Shown: one piece after another, positions 53,372-61,766 of the stretch
How the letters are laid out: each line of letters opens with the position of its first letter
Position numbering within the stretch: the stretch's first letter is position 1
NCBI GenBank assembly: GCA_964514655.1
Contig: CAZEQY010000005.1
Location: 37,589-101,588 of the forward strand
Length of the DNA stretch: 64,000 nt
Direction: 5' to 3'
Source of the DNA: an uncultured bacterium
GTDB lineage: Bacteria > Chlamydiota > Chlamydiia > Chlamydiales > FEN-1388
The notes under the pieces: model-generated
The model's input: only the letters and a program-made list of their open reading frames with translations
Databases searched by the model: none
Told to the model about the DNA's origin: nothing
Program-made: the position numbers and the translations under genes

Positions 53372-54232
53372 ATGAATAAAATGTATTCGCTTTTATGTGC
53401 ACTTGCAATATTTTTCGTAAGTCAAACACCGACAAAGGCTCTCGCTGCTGACACATGCACACTCTCCGGTGTATTTTGGATGCAGCATCTTGAAGTGTGG
53501 CCACAATCTTTTACACCAGATAGTGAAATCTGTGGACTGACTTTCAGTGAAATCATGCAAACACCATCTGATGGAACGCCTTGGTATATCTTAGCTCACG
53601 AGTGGATTCCGGCTCAGCTTAATATTGCAAATGGGGCTGTTTCAGAGTGTGTGCAGGCCGAGTTTCAGCAGGCTACAGCACTTTTAAAAAATTGCGATTT
53701 TTCCCAAAATCCAAGCGATATCTCAGACTATCTCGTTCTTACAGGAGCGCTAGCTGACTACAATAATGGCGTGCTTATTGGCTGCCCAGGTTGTCCTGAA
53801 GGCACTATTGTGATATGCCCACCATGTGTGTGCCCGCAGTGTCCTGCTTGTCCAAGTTGCTGCTGCCCACCATGCCCAGCATGTGAGTGTGGCGACTGTG
53901 GATGTTTCTGCCCTGAGCCTGCTGAATGCGAATGTGGCGACTGTGTATGCCCTCCAGCTGCTCCTTGCCCAGATTGCAACTGCCCTGATCAGACAGAGTG
54001 CATCTGCAACTGCCCAGAGGCGCCAGCTTGCAACTGCCCTCCAGCTCCAGATTGCAACTGCCCAAGCTGTCCTCCGGTTCCGGCTTGCAACTGTAACTGT
54101 GAGCCACAGGTGATTGTAGAAGAGTCTTCATCTTCATCACACTGCCATCATAAGCATCATCACAATGAGGTTAAGAAGACGAGCAAAAAAGCTCCTTCAA
54201 AGCCAAAAGTAAAGCCAAGAACAAAGCATTAA
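53372..54232 (+). CDS. Secreted protein with an extreme Cys/Pro-rich repeat region and a His/Lys-rich tail
   Basis: Signal peptide MNKMYSLLCALAIFFVSQTPTKALA. The ~100-aa stretch CPPCVCPQCPACPSCCCPPCPACECGDCGCFCPEPAECECGDCVCPPAAPCPDCNCPDQTECICNCPEAPACNCPPAPDCNCPSCPPVPACNCNCEPQ is followed by SSSSSHCHHKHHHNEVKK. Confidence 0.7.
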   Translation: MNKMYSLLCALAIFFVSQTPTKALAADTCTLSGVFWMQHLEVWPQSFTPDSEICGLTFSEIMQTPSDGTPWYILAHEWIPAQLNIANGAVSECVQAEFQQATALLKNCDFSQNPSDISDYLVLTGALADYNNGVLIGCPGCPEGTIVICPPCVCPQCPACPSCCCPPCPACECGDCGCFCPEPAECECGDCVCPPAAPCPDCNCPDQTECICNCPEAPACNCPPAPDCNCPSCPPVPACNCNCEPQVIVEESSSSSHCHHKHHHNEVKKTSKKAPSKPKVKPRTKH

Positions 54233-54241
54233 TTTGTTATC

Positions 54242-55381
54242 TTAGCCCTCTTTCAGTTCTTGAGAGAGGGCCTTTTTAAATAAAACATCCCAGGAGTTTG
54301 CAATTTTGTCCCAAGTATATTCTTGGAGGATAAAATCGCGCATTTCACTTCGCTCCTCGAGCGTTATAGATTCTGCCTCTTGCATTGCCTGTAGCAATGT
54401 GTCAAGGTAAACATCCGGCGTATTACATACATAGCCATGTCTCACAGTCTCTTTTAAAGCAGAGCCATCGATGATCACAGGAATGCAGCCAGACATTTGG
54501 GCGCGAAGAGCTGTGATACAGAAGGTCTCCGGGGCACTGCAGGGATAGGTCCAAAAGGATGTTTCTTGAAAGGCTTTATTAAGTTCATCATGACTTACAA
54601 GGCCATGTTCTTTAACATCTATAAGCTCATATACATCAACTTGCGTTCGCATATATTCTTCTTTTTGCTTAGTGAGCAGCCCCCAGTGCTGCCAGCCATA
54701 GTAGATGTCTAGTGTTGCTTTGGGATACTTTTGTTTTACCTTTGGCCATAGCTCAAGCAGCATATCTAGTCCTCTTGCATAGTTAGAGCTATAGATGCAA
54801 GAATAGGGGTTTTTACGTGGCTGTATAGGGCTAAATTGCTCAGGATTTATGCCGTTGCCAAATATATTTGTGTACCTAGTAAAGCCTGGGTTTACGGATA
54901 GCCATGAGCTTCTTTGCCAGTGAGAAATCCAGAGCACATCGGTAAAATTTGAGATCTGACTTTCTTTTAGGGTATAGCCAAATGTGTCGTGAGGCCAAAA
55001 ATAGACAAATTTGGCCCTTTTTTTTAGCTCTAGTGCGTTAAAGGGGTTGCGCCATGATATGGCAATATCTACAGGGGTATTATCATCATCAGCAAAATTG
55101 ATGTAGCGAGGGTTACTCATAAGGCCGCTATGCATAGAGTTTCTAGGTACATCGCCCACAACAAGCACCTTGTAGCCAAGATTTGCAAGCTTTTGTGACA
55201 TATAGATAACAGCCTCTTCAGATCCTGTTATCCCCGACTTTATGCTATCCGGGTCCCAGGGTTTGGCAAGCTCTACCTTATAGGTTATGATGGCAATAGT
55301 GGGCTTTTCTTTGCCATAGAGCGGAAGAACCAAGAAGATGAGTACAAGTAGGTATTGGCACATATTACGGACCTGTAGCAC
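54242..55381 (-). CDS. Glycosyltransferase, GT-B (group 1/GT4-like) with an N-terminal signal anchor
   Basis: PCSAPETFCITALRAQMSGCIPVI resembles the E-x7-E / EAMA-G-PVI region. The N-terminus is MCQYLLVLIFLVLPLYG (alternative start at 55363). Confidence 0.55.
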   Translation of the reverse strand: MLQVRNMCQYLLVLIFLVLPLYGKEKPTIAIITYKVELAKPWDPDSIKSGITGSEEAVIYMSQKLANLGYKVLVVGDVPRNSMHSGLMSNPRYINFADDDNTPVDIAISWRNPFNALELKKRAKFVYFWPHDTFGYTLKESQISNFTDVLWISHWQRSSWLSVNPGFTRYTNIFGNGINPEQFSPIQPRKNPYSCIYSSNYARGLDMLLELWPKVKQKYPKATLDIYYGWQHWGLLTKQKEEYMRTQVDVYELIDVKEHGLVSHDELNKAFQETSFWTYPCSAPETFCITALRAQMSGCIPVIIDGSALKETVRHGYVCNTPDVYLDTLLQAMQEAESITLEERSEMRDFILQEYTWDKIANSWDVLFKKALSQELKEG

Positions 55382-56534
55382 AGACTTCTTCTAAAAGCTT
55401 TTCATTAGCAAAGCCAAGGTTTTGCTCGGCACATTCGCGATATGAGGCGGGAAGATCTGGGATCTTTAATAGGGCGCAAGAGGCATTTTGGCTTTCTTCG
55501 TACTTTCCGATCCAAAATGCGTTGATTGAAAGCTCCATAAGTAGCCCATAGGAATATATCCACTCCTCAATAAAAAAAGTATCTTCCGGAATGGGTATGG
55601 TGACGCCAATCTTTGCAACATGGTAGGCTCTATAGTAGTCGCCAATAGAGCTATAAAAGTGAGCAAGTTGATAATAGGGCTCAGCTCTCATCCTCGCAAG
55701 AGGGACAGCCTTTTTGTAGCTATTGATTATCAGTTCTGCAGGCATTTGTAGCTCTTCTTGCAAAATGCCAACCTGCAACTGAGACCAAAAGGCTTCTGTA
55801 TCGCCTTGAAAGCCCATGTTAGCGCGACGTTGGTAATTTTCTAAGGCTTTTTGTTTGTTGCCGTATGACTCATAGCTTTTAGCAAGATAAAAGACATAAC
55901 GACTGTTATTGGGATCATCTTTTAAGGCAGCTTCTAATACTTCGGCATCTTTTTGGTACTTGAGTGGGTCTTTAGATCGAGCTCCATCTACTGTGTAGAT
56001 GTTTTTTACCTTGTCTAACGTTGCAAAGGTGCGCTCTTGCGGCGGGCAGATGACCTCATGTAGCACCCCTTCCCACTTCCAGCTATGGGCAGTGTTTATG
56101 AGCGATACTTTTTTCCACTGTGATCCCGGCCAGGTAAGGATGAGGTAGTAATAGTCTTTATCAAGTACAGGCTTTGTAAAGTCTTTATCGTAGACGAGGT
56201 ATTCATCGGCATCGATGAATAAGAGATAGTCAGCCTTATCTTTTCCAAGCTGCAGGGCTTCATTGCGATTGTGAGCAAAATTCTTCCAAGGACGCTCATG
56301 AAGCTCGCCGGGAATGTTTTTTTCTTTCATGTAGTTGATGATAATCTGCTGCGTGCCATCTGTAGAGCCAGTATCACAGATTACCCAAGTGTCAATAAGA
56401 GGCAGCACTGACTCTAAGCACCGCGTGATAACAGCGCTTTCATTTTTTACAATCATGTTAAGGCAAACAGTTTTGTGCGATTCGGCCGAGACCTCATGCA
56501 CAACAAGAAGCAATACAAAGAACAGCCAATTCAT
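55365..56534 (-). CDS. Family 2 glycosyltransferase fused to TPR-like repeats, with an N-terminal signal anchor
   Basis: VCLNMIVKNESAVITRCLESVLPLIDTWVICDTGSTDGT and FIDADEY (DxD) are present. The C-terminal half has TPR-like Y/A-rich helices. The N-terminus is MNWLFFVLLLVVHEVSA. Confidence 0.7.
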   Translation of the reverse strand: MNWLFFVLLLVVHEVSAESHKTVCLNMIVKNESAVITRCLESVLPLIDTWVICDTGSTDGTQQIIINYMKEKNIPGELHERPWKNFAHNRNEALQLGKDKADYLLFIDADEYLVYDKDFTKPVLDKDYYYLILTWPGSQWKKVSLINTAHSWKWEGVLHEVICPPQERTFATLDKVKNIYTVDGARSKDPLKYQKDAEVLEAALKDDPNNSRYVFYLAKSYESYGNKQKALENYQRRANMGFQGDTEAFWSQLQVGILQEELQMPAELIINSYKKAVPLARMRAEPYYQLAHFYSSIGDYYRAYHVAKIGVTIPIPEDTFFIEEWIYSYGLLMELSINAFWIGKYEESQNASCALLKIPDLPASYRECAEQNLGFANEKLLEEVCATGP

Positions 56535-56581
56535 AACCCATCTCTATGTTTGTAGATGGGTTACTTTATCGACCTTCCTAT

Positions 56582-57193
56582 TTAGTCGCAAAACTCTATT
56601 TTTTTGCCTTCGAGTTTGAGGTGGTGCGATTTATGGTCAAAGCCCAATGCTTCGCAGTGGAAAGGATGATGCTCACAAGCTAAATCATCAAGGTGCCAGC
56701 GAGTAAGATGAGCTTCCGCTATAAAGCAGCGTCGATCGCGGTGTAGATCGAGCACTCCCTGTACGCGAAGGCGAAATTTTGGGCATGTAGGCTTGTTTTT
56801 TTCTTTAGATGCCTGCAGGGAAACTACCTTGGTAAATACAAAATGGTATTTATGCTTTTTGATCTTTTTCCAGTGGCCTGTGCCAACCGTCGCGCCGAGG
56901 GATCTATGGCAGTGTGGGGCAAGCTGACCAAAAAGATCCAAAGAATCTTCTGTTACAAGCGTACCACCCGCATTAAAGGCGATTACCCCAAAGCTTGTTC
57001 CGCATGCGCTTTTTATGCCAAAGCTGCCGATAATTGGGTCGTAGAGATTATTAAAACGAGGTGTACAGACTGGTTGTCTCGACTCACTTGAACAACTTGA
57101 AGATGATGACCAACTTGAATCTGAAGCATGAGCCTGAGAACCTAAAATTGCTCCTGCAAGTACTGCTGGAAGTAGGAAGTCTTTTATTCCCAT
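56582..57193 (-). CDS. Hypothetical secreted protein
   Basis: Signal peptide LLPAVLAGAILGSQAHA, then a Ser-rich stretch SSWSSSSSCSSES. The protein is rich in His and Cys. Confidence 0.55.
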   Translation of the reverse strand: MGIKDFLLPAVLAGAILGSQAHASDSSWSSSSSCSSESRQPVCTPRFNNLYDPIIGSFGIKSACGTSFGVIAFNAGGTLVTEDSLDLFGQLAPHCHRSLGATVGTGHWKKIKKHKYHFVFTKVVSLQASKEKNKPTCPKFRLRVQGVLDLHRDRRCFIAEAHLTRWHLDDLACEHHPFHCEALGFDHKSHHLKLEGKKIEFCD

Positions 57194-57231
57194 GTTATAA
57201 AATCCTTTTATAGTAATTTAAAATACATTGT

Positions 57232-57247
57232 GGCAGCTATAGCTGCC
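57232..57247. promoter_or_regulatory. 16-bp perfect palindrome in a divergent promoter region
   Basis: ggcagctatagctgcc lies between the divergent genes 56582-57193 (-) and 57339-59180 (+). Confidence 0.25.
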
Positions 57248-57338
57248 TGTATACTTTCATATAATAAATTACAGGATTATTGAGTATGATTATTTACTGA
57301 TTGACAGTTTCTAGTCTCTGCTGTACATCTGATATCTT

Positions 57339-59180
57339 ATGAGCACGATAAGTTCTTGGAATGAGACAATACGGCAAGTAGAAACTGGCCTTGCCGATAT
57401 TCAGGGCGAGCTTGTAGCCATTCGTAACCCTATTCAGTGGAGAACGGCTACTAAGAGAGACTTCTTTTCGTCTGCCGAGCGGACAATTACAGCCATGCCT
57501 GGACGCTTATCATCTCTTAGAGACACTCTCTATGATGCGTGCAGGCAGATGACAGCTCAGATAGATATTGCCTCAATTCCTAAATGCATACAGCAAGTAG
57601 ATGCTCTTGACTTTCGCCTACTACTTGCCGAAAAGCAGGTAAAGGAGCTTCGGCCCTACTGTGATACTAAGGATTATCTACCGCTCTATGAAGTTGCCTG
57701 TAAGCTTAAAAAAGGTGGGCCCTATTGCGACATAGAGCCATTTTCACACTTGCTACAAGAGCCAAATGTACCGGATAAAGCGGAAAGAAAAAGGCTTTTT
57801 GTATGTACAGAGCTCTTTTGTGAAGTGTTACAACTTACAAGCGTAAGAAGTGTTGTCTTTGGTATTGATGCGCAAATACAACAGGCACAACGAAACCTTA
57901 AGGGTCTAGAAAAAAGACCCCTTAAAGAGGCCTCTAACGAAGAGGTCAATCTTACTAATCTTGTCGTTACTGTTAAAGCACGTCTCTTAGAGCGCAAATT
58001 TTCTAAAGATGAGCTTGATGGCTATCTAGCGCTACTTTCGGCTACAGACTCTTTTGCAACTCGATTTGACATAAGATACATCCAGTCCCTTGTTTCAACG
58101 GCAAATAAGCTGCTTTCAATAGAGAGCAAGGCAACTCAAGTTGCAGTCCAGGAGCTTTTACAGCATCGTACTGCCTTAGAACTGTACGAGTCAGCAAAAA
58201 GGGTGCAAGAGGCTATAGAAGCTACCACAGCTGAAACAAAAGTTTGTGCCTACTTGCGGCGCATACAGGGTGTTCTACAAGATGTATACACTAAAAGGGC
58301 AAAAGAGCTTCTTGTGCTTTCTAAAGAAGAGGAAGCGGCAAAAGAGGCATTTTTGCGCGGTGATGCTGTAGACCAAGAGCGCTTGATCTGCTATATAGAA
58401 AAGCGCATGGTGCTCTCTTTACTCCAATTAGGATCTTACGATACAGAGCTAGAGATTGTTTTAGAGCTCTTTCAGGGCGATCTAAGCCATCTTCCTGTTG
58501 CTGCATATGAAGCTGCCTTAGGAGAAAAACGGGTAAAAGAATTAGAAGTGCCCGCTCAAATTCTTGTCTCGAGTATCAAAGATGTTAATATTCGTGCCTA
58601 TGCAGCAAATTGTCAGCGCCTTTTAGCATATACGGGCAATCAAGCAGTCCGCAACTTTTTGGTAGAAGCACTTAATAAAGTGGCTCCTAAAGTTGGCCTT
58701 TTGCGATATGCTGATGGTGATTTTGATACTATGATTCTTAATACCCTGGCTAGTGCTCTTTATTCAGAAACCCCAGAAGAGCAGGCAGCTAGCCATCTAG
58801 AGCTAATGCAGATTTTTGAGAATAGGGAATATGATGCACGTGTAAATAAACTTCCAGAGGCATTAAGAGAGCTCGTCGTGGACGCAAGCATAGATCGCCT
58901 AAGCGCTACCTGCTTTGAAGATGGTGCTGACTTGCCTCTTACCACCTATGAAAAAATACTCCTTTATTCACCAAATGGCCCCATCGAGAACTATATACAG
59001 TCTACTGAGGTGACTAAAGAAAAATCCACAATTAGATTTGTCCTTTACAAGCTGCTTAAATATGAGCGGTCACTTCTCCCAGACGATCAGGTGCTTACCA
59101 AGCGCTTTATTTCCCATAGAGGTACTCACTATGTTACTGATTGGATCACAACTCACGAAGAGTTTAGAGAAAAGGAATAG
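57339..59180 (+). CDS. Large orphan alpha-helical protein (operon gene 1)
   Basis: 613-aa ORF with no recognisable domain. Its C-terminal third is alignable to gene 2. Confidence 0.65.
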   Translation: MSTISSWNETIRQVETGLADIQGELVAIRNPIQWRTATKRDFFSSAERTITAMPGRLSSLRDTLYDACRQMTAQIDIASIPKCIQQVDALDFRLLLAEKQVKELRPYCDTKDYLPLYEVACKLKKGGPYCDIEPFSHLLQEPNVPDKAERKRLFVCTELFCEVLQLTSVRSVVFGIDAQIQQAQRNLKGLEKRPLKEASNEEVNLTNLVVTVKARLLERKFSKDELDGYLALLSATDSFATRFDIRYIQSLVSTANKLLSIESKATQVAVQELLQHRTALELYESAKRVQEAIEATTAETKVCAYLRRIQGVLQDVYTKRAKELLVLSKEEEAAKEAFLRGDAVDQERLICYIEKRMVLSLLQLGSYDTELEIVLELFQGDLSHLPVAAYEAALGEKRVKELEVPAQILVSSIKDVNIRAYAANCQRLLAYTGNQAVRNFLVEALNKVAPKVGLLRYADGDFDTMILNTLASALYSETPEEQAASHLELMQIFENREYDARVNKLPEALRELVVDASIDRLSATCFEDGADLPLTTYEKILLYSPNGPIENYIQSTEVTKEKSTIRFVLYKLLKYERSLLPDDQVLTKRFISHRGTHYVTDWITTHEEFREKE

Positions 59181-59182
59181 CT

Positions 59183-60976
59183 ATGGAACCTCTAAGTGTA
59201 TTTACAAGAGTGTTAGATGCTCAAGTCGCTCCACACAAGGCAAAAAATGACATACTGACGAATATTCAAAGTCTTGCGGGTATAGTAAAAGAAAAAAGGA
59301 CAAATGCCCAAAAGGCTGAGGTTGTAGCTTCTCAACTAGATGTCGTTCAAAAATCATTTTTTAGGCAATTTGGAGATGCAGATAAGTATGAGCTCCTTCG
59401 CATCTATCGCAGGGTGTATGTGCTTGTTGATTCACCTATTCAAGTAGTGGCTGTGGATGCAATGTTGCGTACTTTGGGCTATAAAAAAACTTTTAGCAAG
59501 GTGTCGTGGCAGTTGCCAGTAGAAGATACTCCCCTTCGGGCTTTTAGTCCAAGACAAGATGAGTCCCTGAAATTTCGCCAAAAACATAATACTCCGGCAA
59601 GTCTGGGCATGGAGGTGCGGGTTGGAAATGGCACTGCGAGCGTAAAAGCTGCCATACGATCAACTTTTGAGCGTCTAGTTACAACGCATGATCCTGTACT
59701 TAAAGGTGAGCTTACTGCTGAAGCTGTAGCTGTACGCGTTCTTCAAGGTCATCTTGCTGAGATATACGAGGAGCTATTTGCCCTTCCTATTGATGATACT
59801 ACAAGCGCCTTATTTGCATACGCACATAGGCTTGAGCATGCCCTTGATGATCTTGTGCGCATTTTAGACTTTGCCTATATGCTCACAGAGCCAAAGGGGC
59901 AGCTGGTCCTAAAGCTAGAGCGCTTTGTTAAGGGGTTTATTCAGACAAAAGATGCCTACTCCTTTTTTTCTGCAGCAAGGATAATTTCTGAAATTGGCGA
60001 TGATGATACTGCCAAGCCAGTAGTTGACATGTATAACGCATTAGCAAAAGAGTGTATGCCAAAGGCAGTTTTTTTTGAACCTATGGCAGTTAGCGAAAAG
60101 AAGCGCGTTATAGTGTTGCGCATTACAAGAGCGCTCTATGGTGTCCCTAAAAAGCAGGATATAGAGCTTGATCTTATGCTCCATGTGTTTAAGTCCGATC
60201 AAATTCCGGTAGATGAACAGTTTGCTGAGGTAGCAAATTCCTATACATCTACTCTTGATAGGCCGTCGTTAGATCTTGCTTATGTCATCTATAAAGCTCT
60301 TGGCGAGTTTTGTGATCCTTTTGCCTACGCTCATGCCTGGCAGCTCTATCTTTTACTAAAGAAAACATCGCCTCAGCTAGCAGTCCATCTTCTGCCGCTA
60401 CTACAGGCCTATAAATTTGTACAGCTGCCCCCCGAATTTCAAGAAGATGTCCTCCCAGATCCTGGCGCTACATTAGAGACCTTTCAGCCCTATCTTTTGC
60501 GCCTATTTGCTGCCTATTTTTATGGTGAAGATAGAGCGGTGGCCAAGGGCACATTAAGCGCACTATTTCAAAATCGAGCGTACGATGAGCTGCGAGAAAA
60601 GATAGCCCCTGAGCTTGTGCTTATGTCCAATAAGTACCTTGCCCAAAATCGAACTAGCAGTATTGCCGAATACAGCCACTTTATCAGCAAAGTAGAAAAG
60701 GCCTATGTCCATGAGCCATTAGTGACTACTAAGGCCCATCACGCAGTAGACCACGCGGTTTTTGATATAGTTCGCCAAGAGCAAGAAAAAGAACTTCGCC
60801 CCATTACCGACCATTTTGGTGATGTATGCACTTTTGATGAGCTTGATAAGTGGTATTCTGCCCATAGTATGTTTTTAGCAAGCTCTAGGCAACACCTTGA
60901 AAGAAGCGGCGCTAGCGATGCTTTTACGCATAAAGCTCGTGTCTTCACAGCCATGTTACAAAAGAAAAAGGAATAA
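59183..60976 (+). CDS. Large orphan alpha-helical protein (operon gene 2, distant paralog of gene 1)
   Basis: Starts 2 nt after gene 1's stop, following AAGGAA. 597 aa. Confidence 0.65.
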   Translation: MEPLSVFTRVLDAQVAPHKAKNDILTNIQSLAGIVKEKRTNAQKAEVVASQLDVVQKSFFRQFGDADKYELLRIYRRVYVLVDSPIQVVAVDAMLRTLGYKKTFSKVSWQLPVEDTPLRAFSPRQDESLKFRQKHNTPASLGMEVRVGNGTASVKAAIRSTFERLVTTHDPVLKGELTAEAVAVRVLQGHLAEIYEELFALPIDDTTSALFAYAHRLEHALDDLVRILDFAYMLTEPKGQLVLKLERFVKGFIQTKDAYSFFSAARIISEIGDDDTAKPVVDMYNALAKECMPKAVFFEPMAVSEKKRVIVLRITRALYGVPKKQDIELDLMLHVFKSDQIPVDEQFAEVANSYTSTLDRPSLDLAYVIYKALGEFCDPFAYAHAWQLYLLLKKTSPQLAVHLLPLLQAYKFVQLPPEFQEDVLPDPGATLETFQPYLLRLFAAYFYGEDRAVAKGTLSALFQNRAYDELREKIAPELVLMSNKYLAQNRTSSIAEYSHFISKVEKAYVHEPLVTTKAHHAVDHAVFDIVRQEQEKELRPITDHFGDVCTFDELDKWYSAHSMFLASSRQHLERSGASDAFTHKARVFTAMLQKKKE

Positions 60977-60980
60977 GTTC

Positions 60981-61766
60981 ATGAATCGTTGTTGTGCTCT
61001 TGCGGTGGATCTTGTTGCGACAAATTTTGGGGCATATATTGATGGGGCTCTTCGCAGCGTAAGCGCTCTGTATTCAAAAGAGCAAGTAGATATTGTCCAG
61101 GAGCTTTTTGCGATAAAGATGCAAAAGGAAGAACAAGAATGGAATAGGCGCCATCAACTGGAGCTTGATGCTGTTGCGGCAAAAAATTTTGCAACCGAAA
61201 AAGAAAAGGCGCGAGCGGTATTTGCAAAAGAGTGTGAGCTTTGGGAAAAAGAGCGTAAAGAGCGCTTTTCTTCAGCAAAAGTTGGCCTTCTATTTTTAAA
61301 GGAAGATTCCAAAACCTTTACACCAAATCGCTGGGAGCGCGTACTTAAAGGCAGGCAAGTGCCTGTTTATTCGGTCGTCCAGTGGGGTATGGATACCAAT
61401 GTAGTGCCAGATCCGCGCGTACTCAAGCAAATAAAGGCGATTCTTGATGTGCAGGCTGCACTTAATAGTGTTAAAAAGGCGCTTGAGGCCTATAAAATAG
61501 AGCCGCTAGACTCGTCGCTTCAGGATTTTCACACCCTCGTAGATACGCACAATATTATCGCAGAGCGAGCAGCGCTACATCCTCATTCGCGTCTTGTCGT
61601 AAAGCCTTTATACTATCTTGAAGAACCGGATGTATCTGGTGAAACAAAAGTGTTTATGGCAGAAGTTGCCAGTCTTGCGGCACATGTAGCTACCTTTGTA
61701 CGCCTATATCCTCAAGAGCTAAAGGATTTAGATGCCCTCTTGCAACGATTTAGGTTTAATGCTTGA
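60981..61766 (+). CDS. Orphan protein (operon gene 3)
   Basis: An ATG at 60981 follows AAGGAATAAG, 4 nt after gene 2's stop. The track start at 60897 overlaps gene 2. 261 aa. Confidence 0.6.
   Translation: MNRCCALAVDLVATNFGAYIDGALRSVSALYSKEQVDIVQELFAIKMQKEEQEWNRRHQLELDAVAAKNFATEKEKARAVFAKECELWEKERKERFSSAKVGLLFLKEDSKTFTPNRWERVLKGRQVPVYSVVQWGMDTNVVPDPRVLKQIKAILDVQAALNSVKKALEAYKIEPLDSSLQDFHTLVDTHNIIAERAALHPHSRLVVKPLYYLEEPDVSGETKVFMAEVASLAAHVATFVRLYPQELKDLDALLQRFRFNA

Noticed and set aside
53758-54140. Antisense and off-frame ORFs (73-111 aa) within the Cys/Pro-rich gene
   Set aside because: They are shadows of the repetitive TGC/CCN coding tract. The plus-strand frame has a signal peptide and runs the full length.
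60897-60980. Upstream extension of operon gene 3 that overlaps gene 2 by 80 nt
   Set aside because: The ATG at 60981 directly follows an AAGGAA RBS and the gene 2 stop. The same coupling pattern is used between genes 1 and 2.
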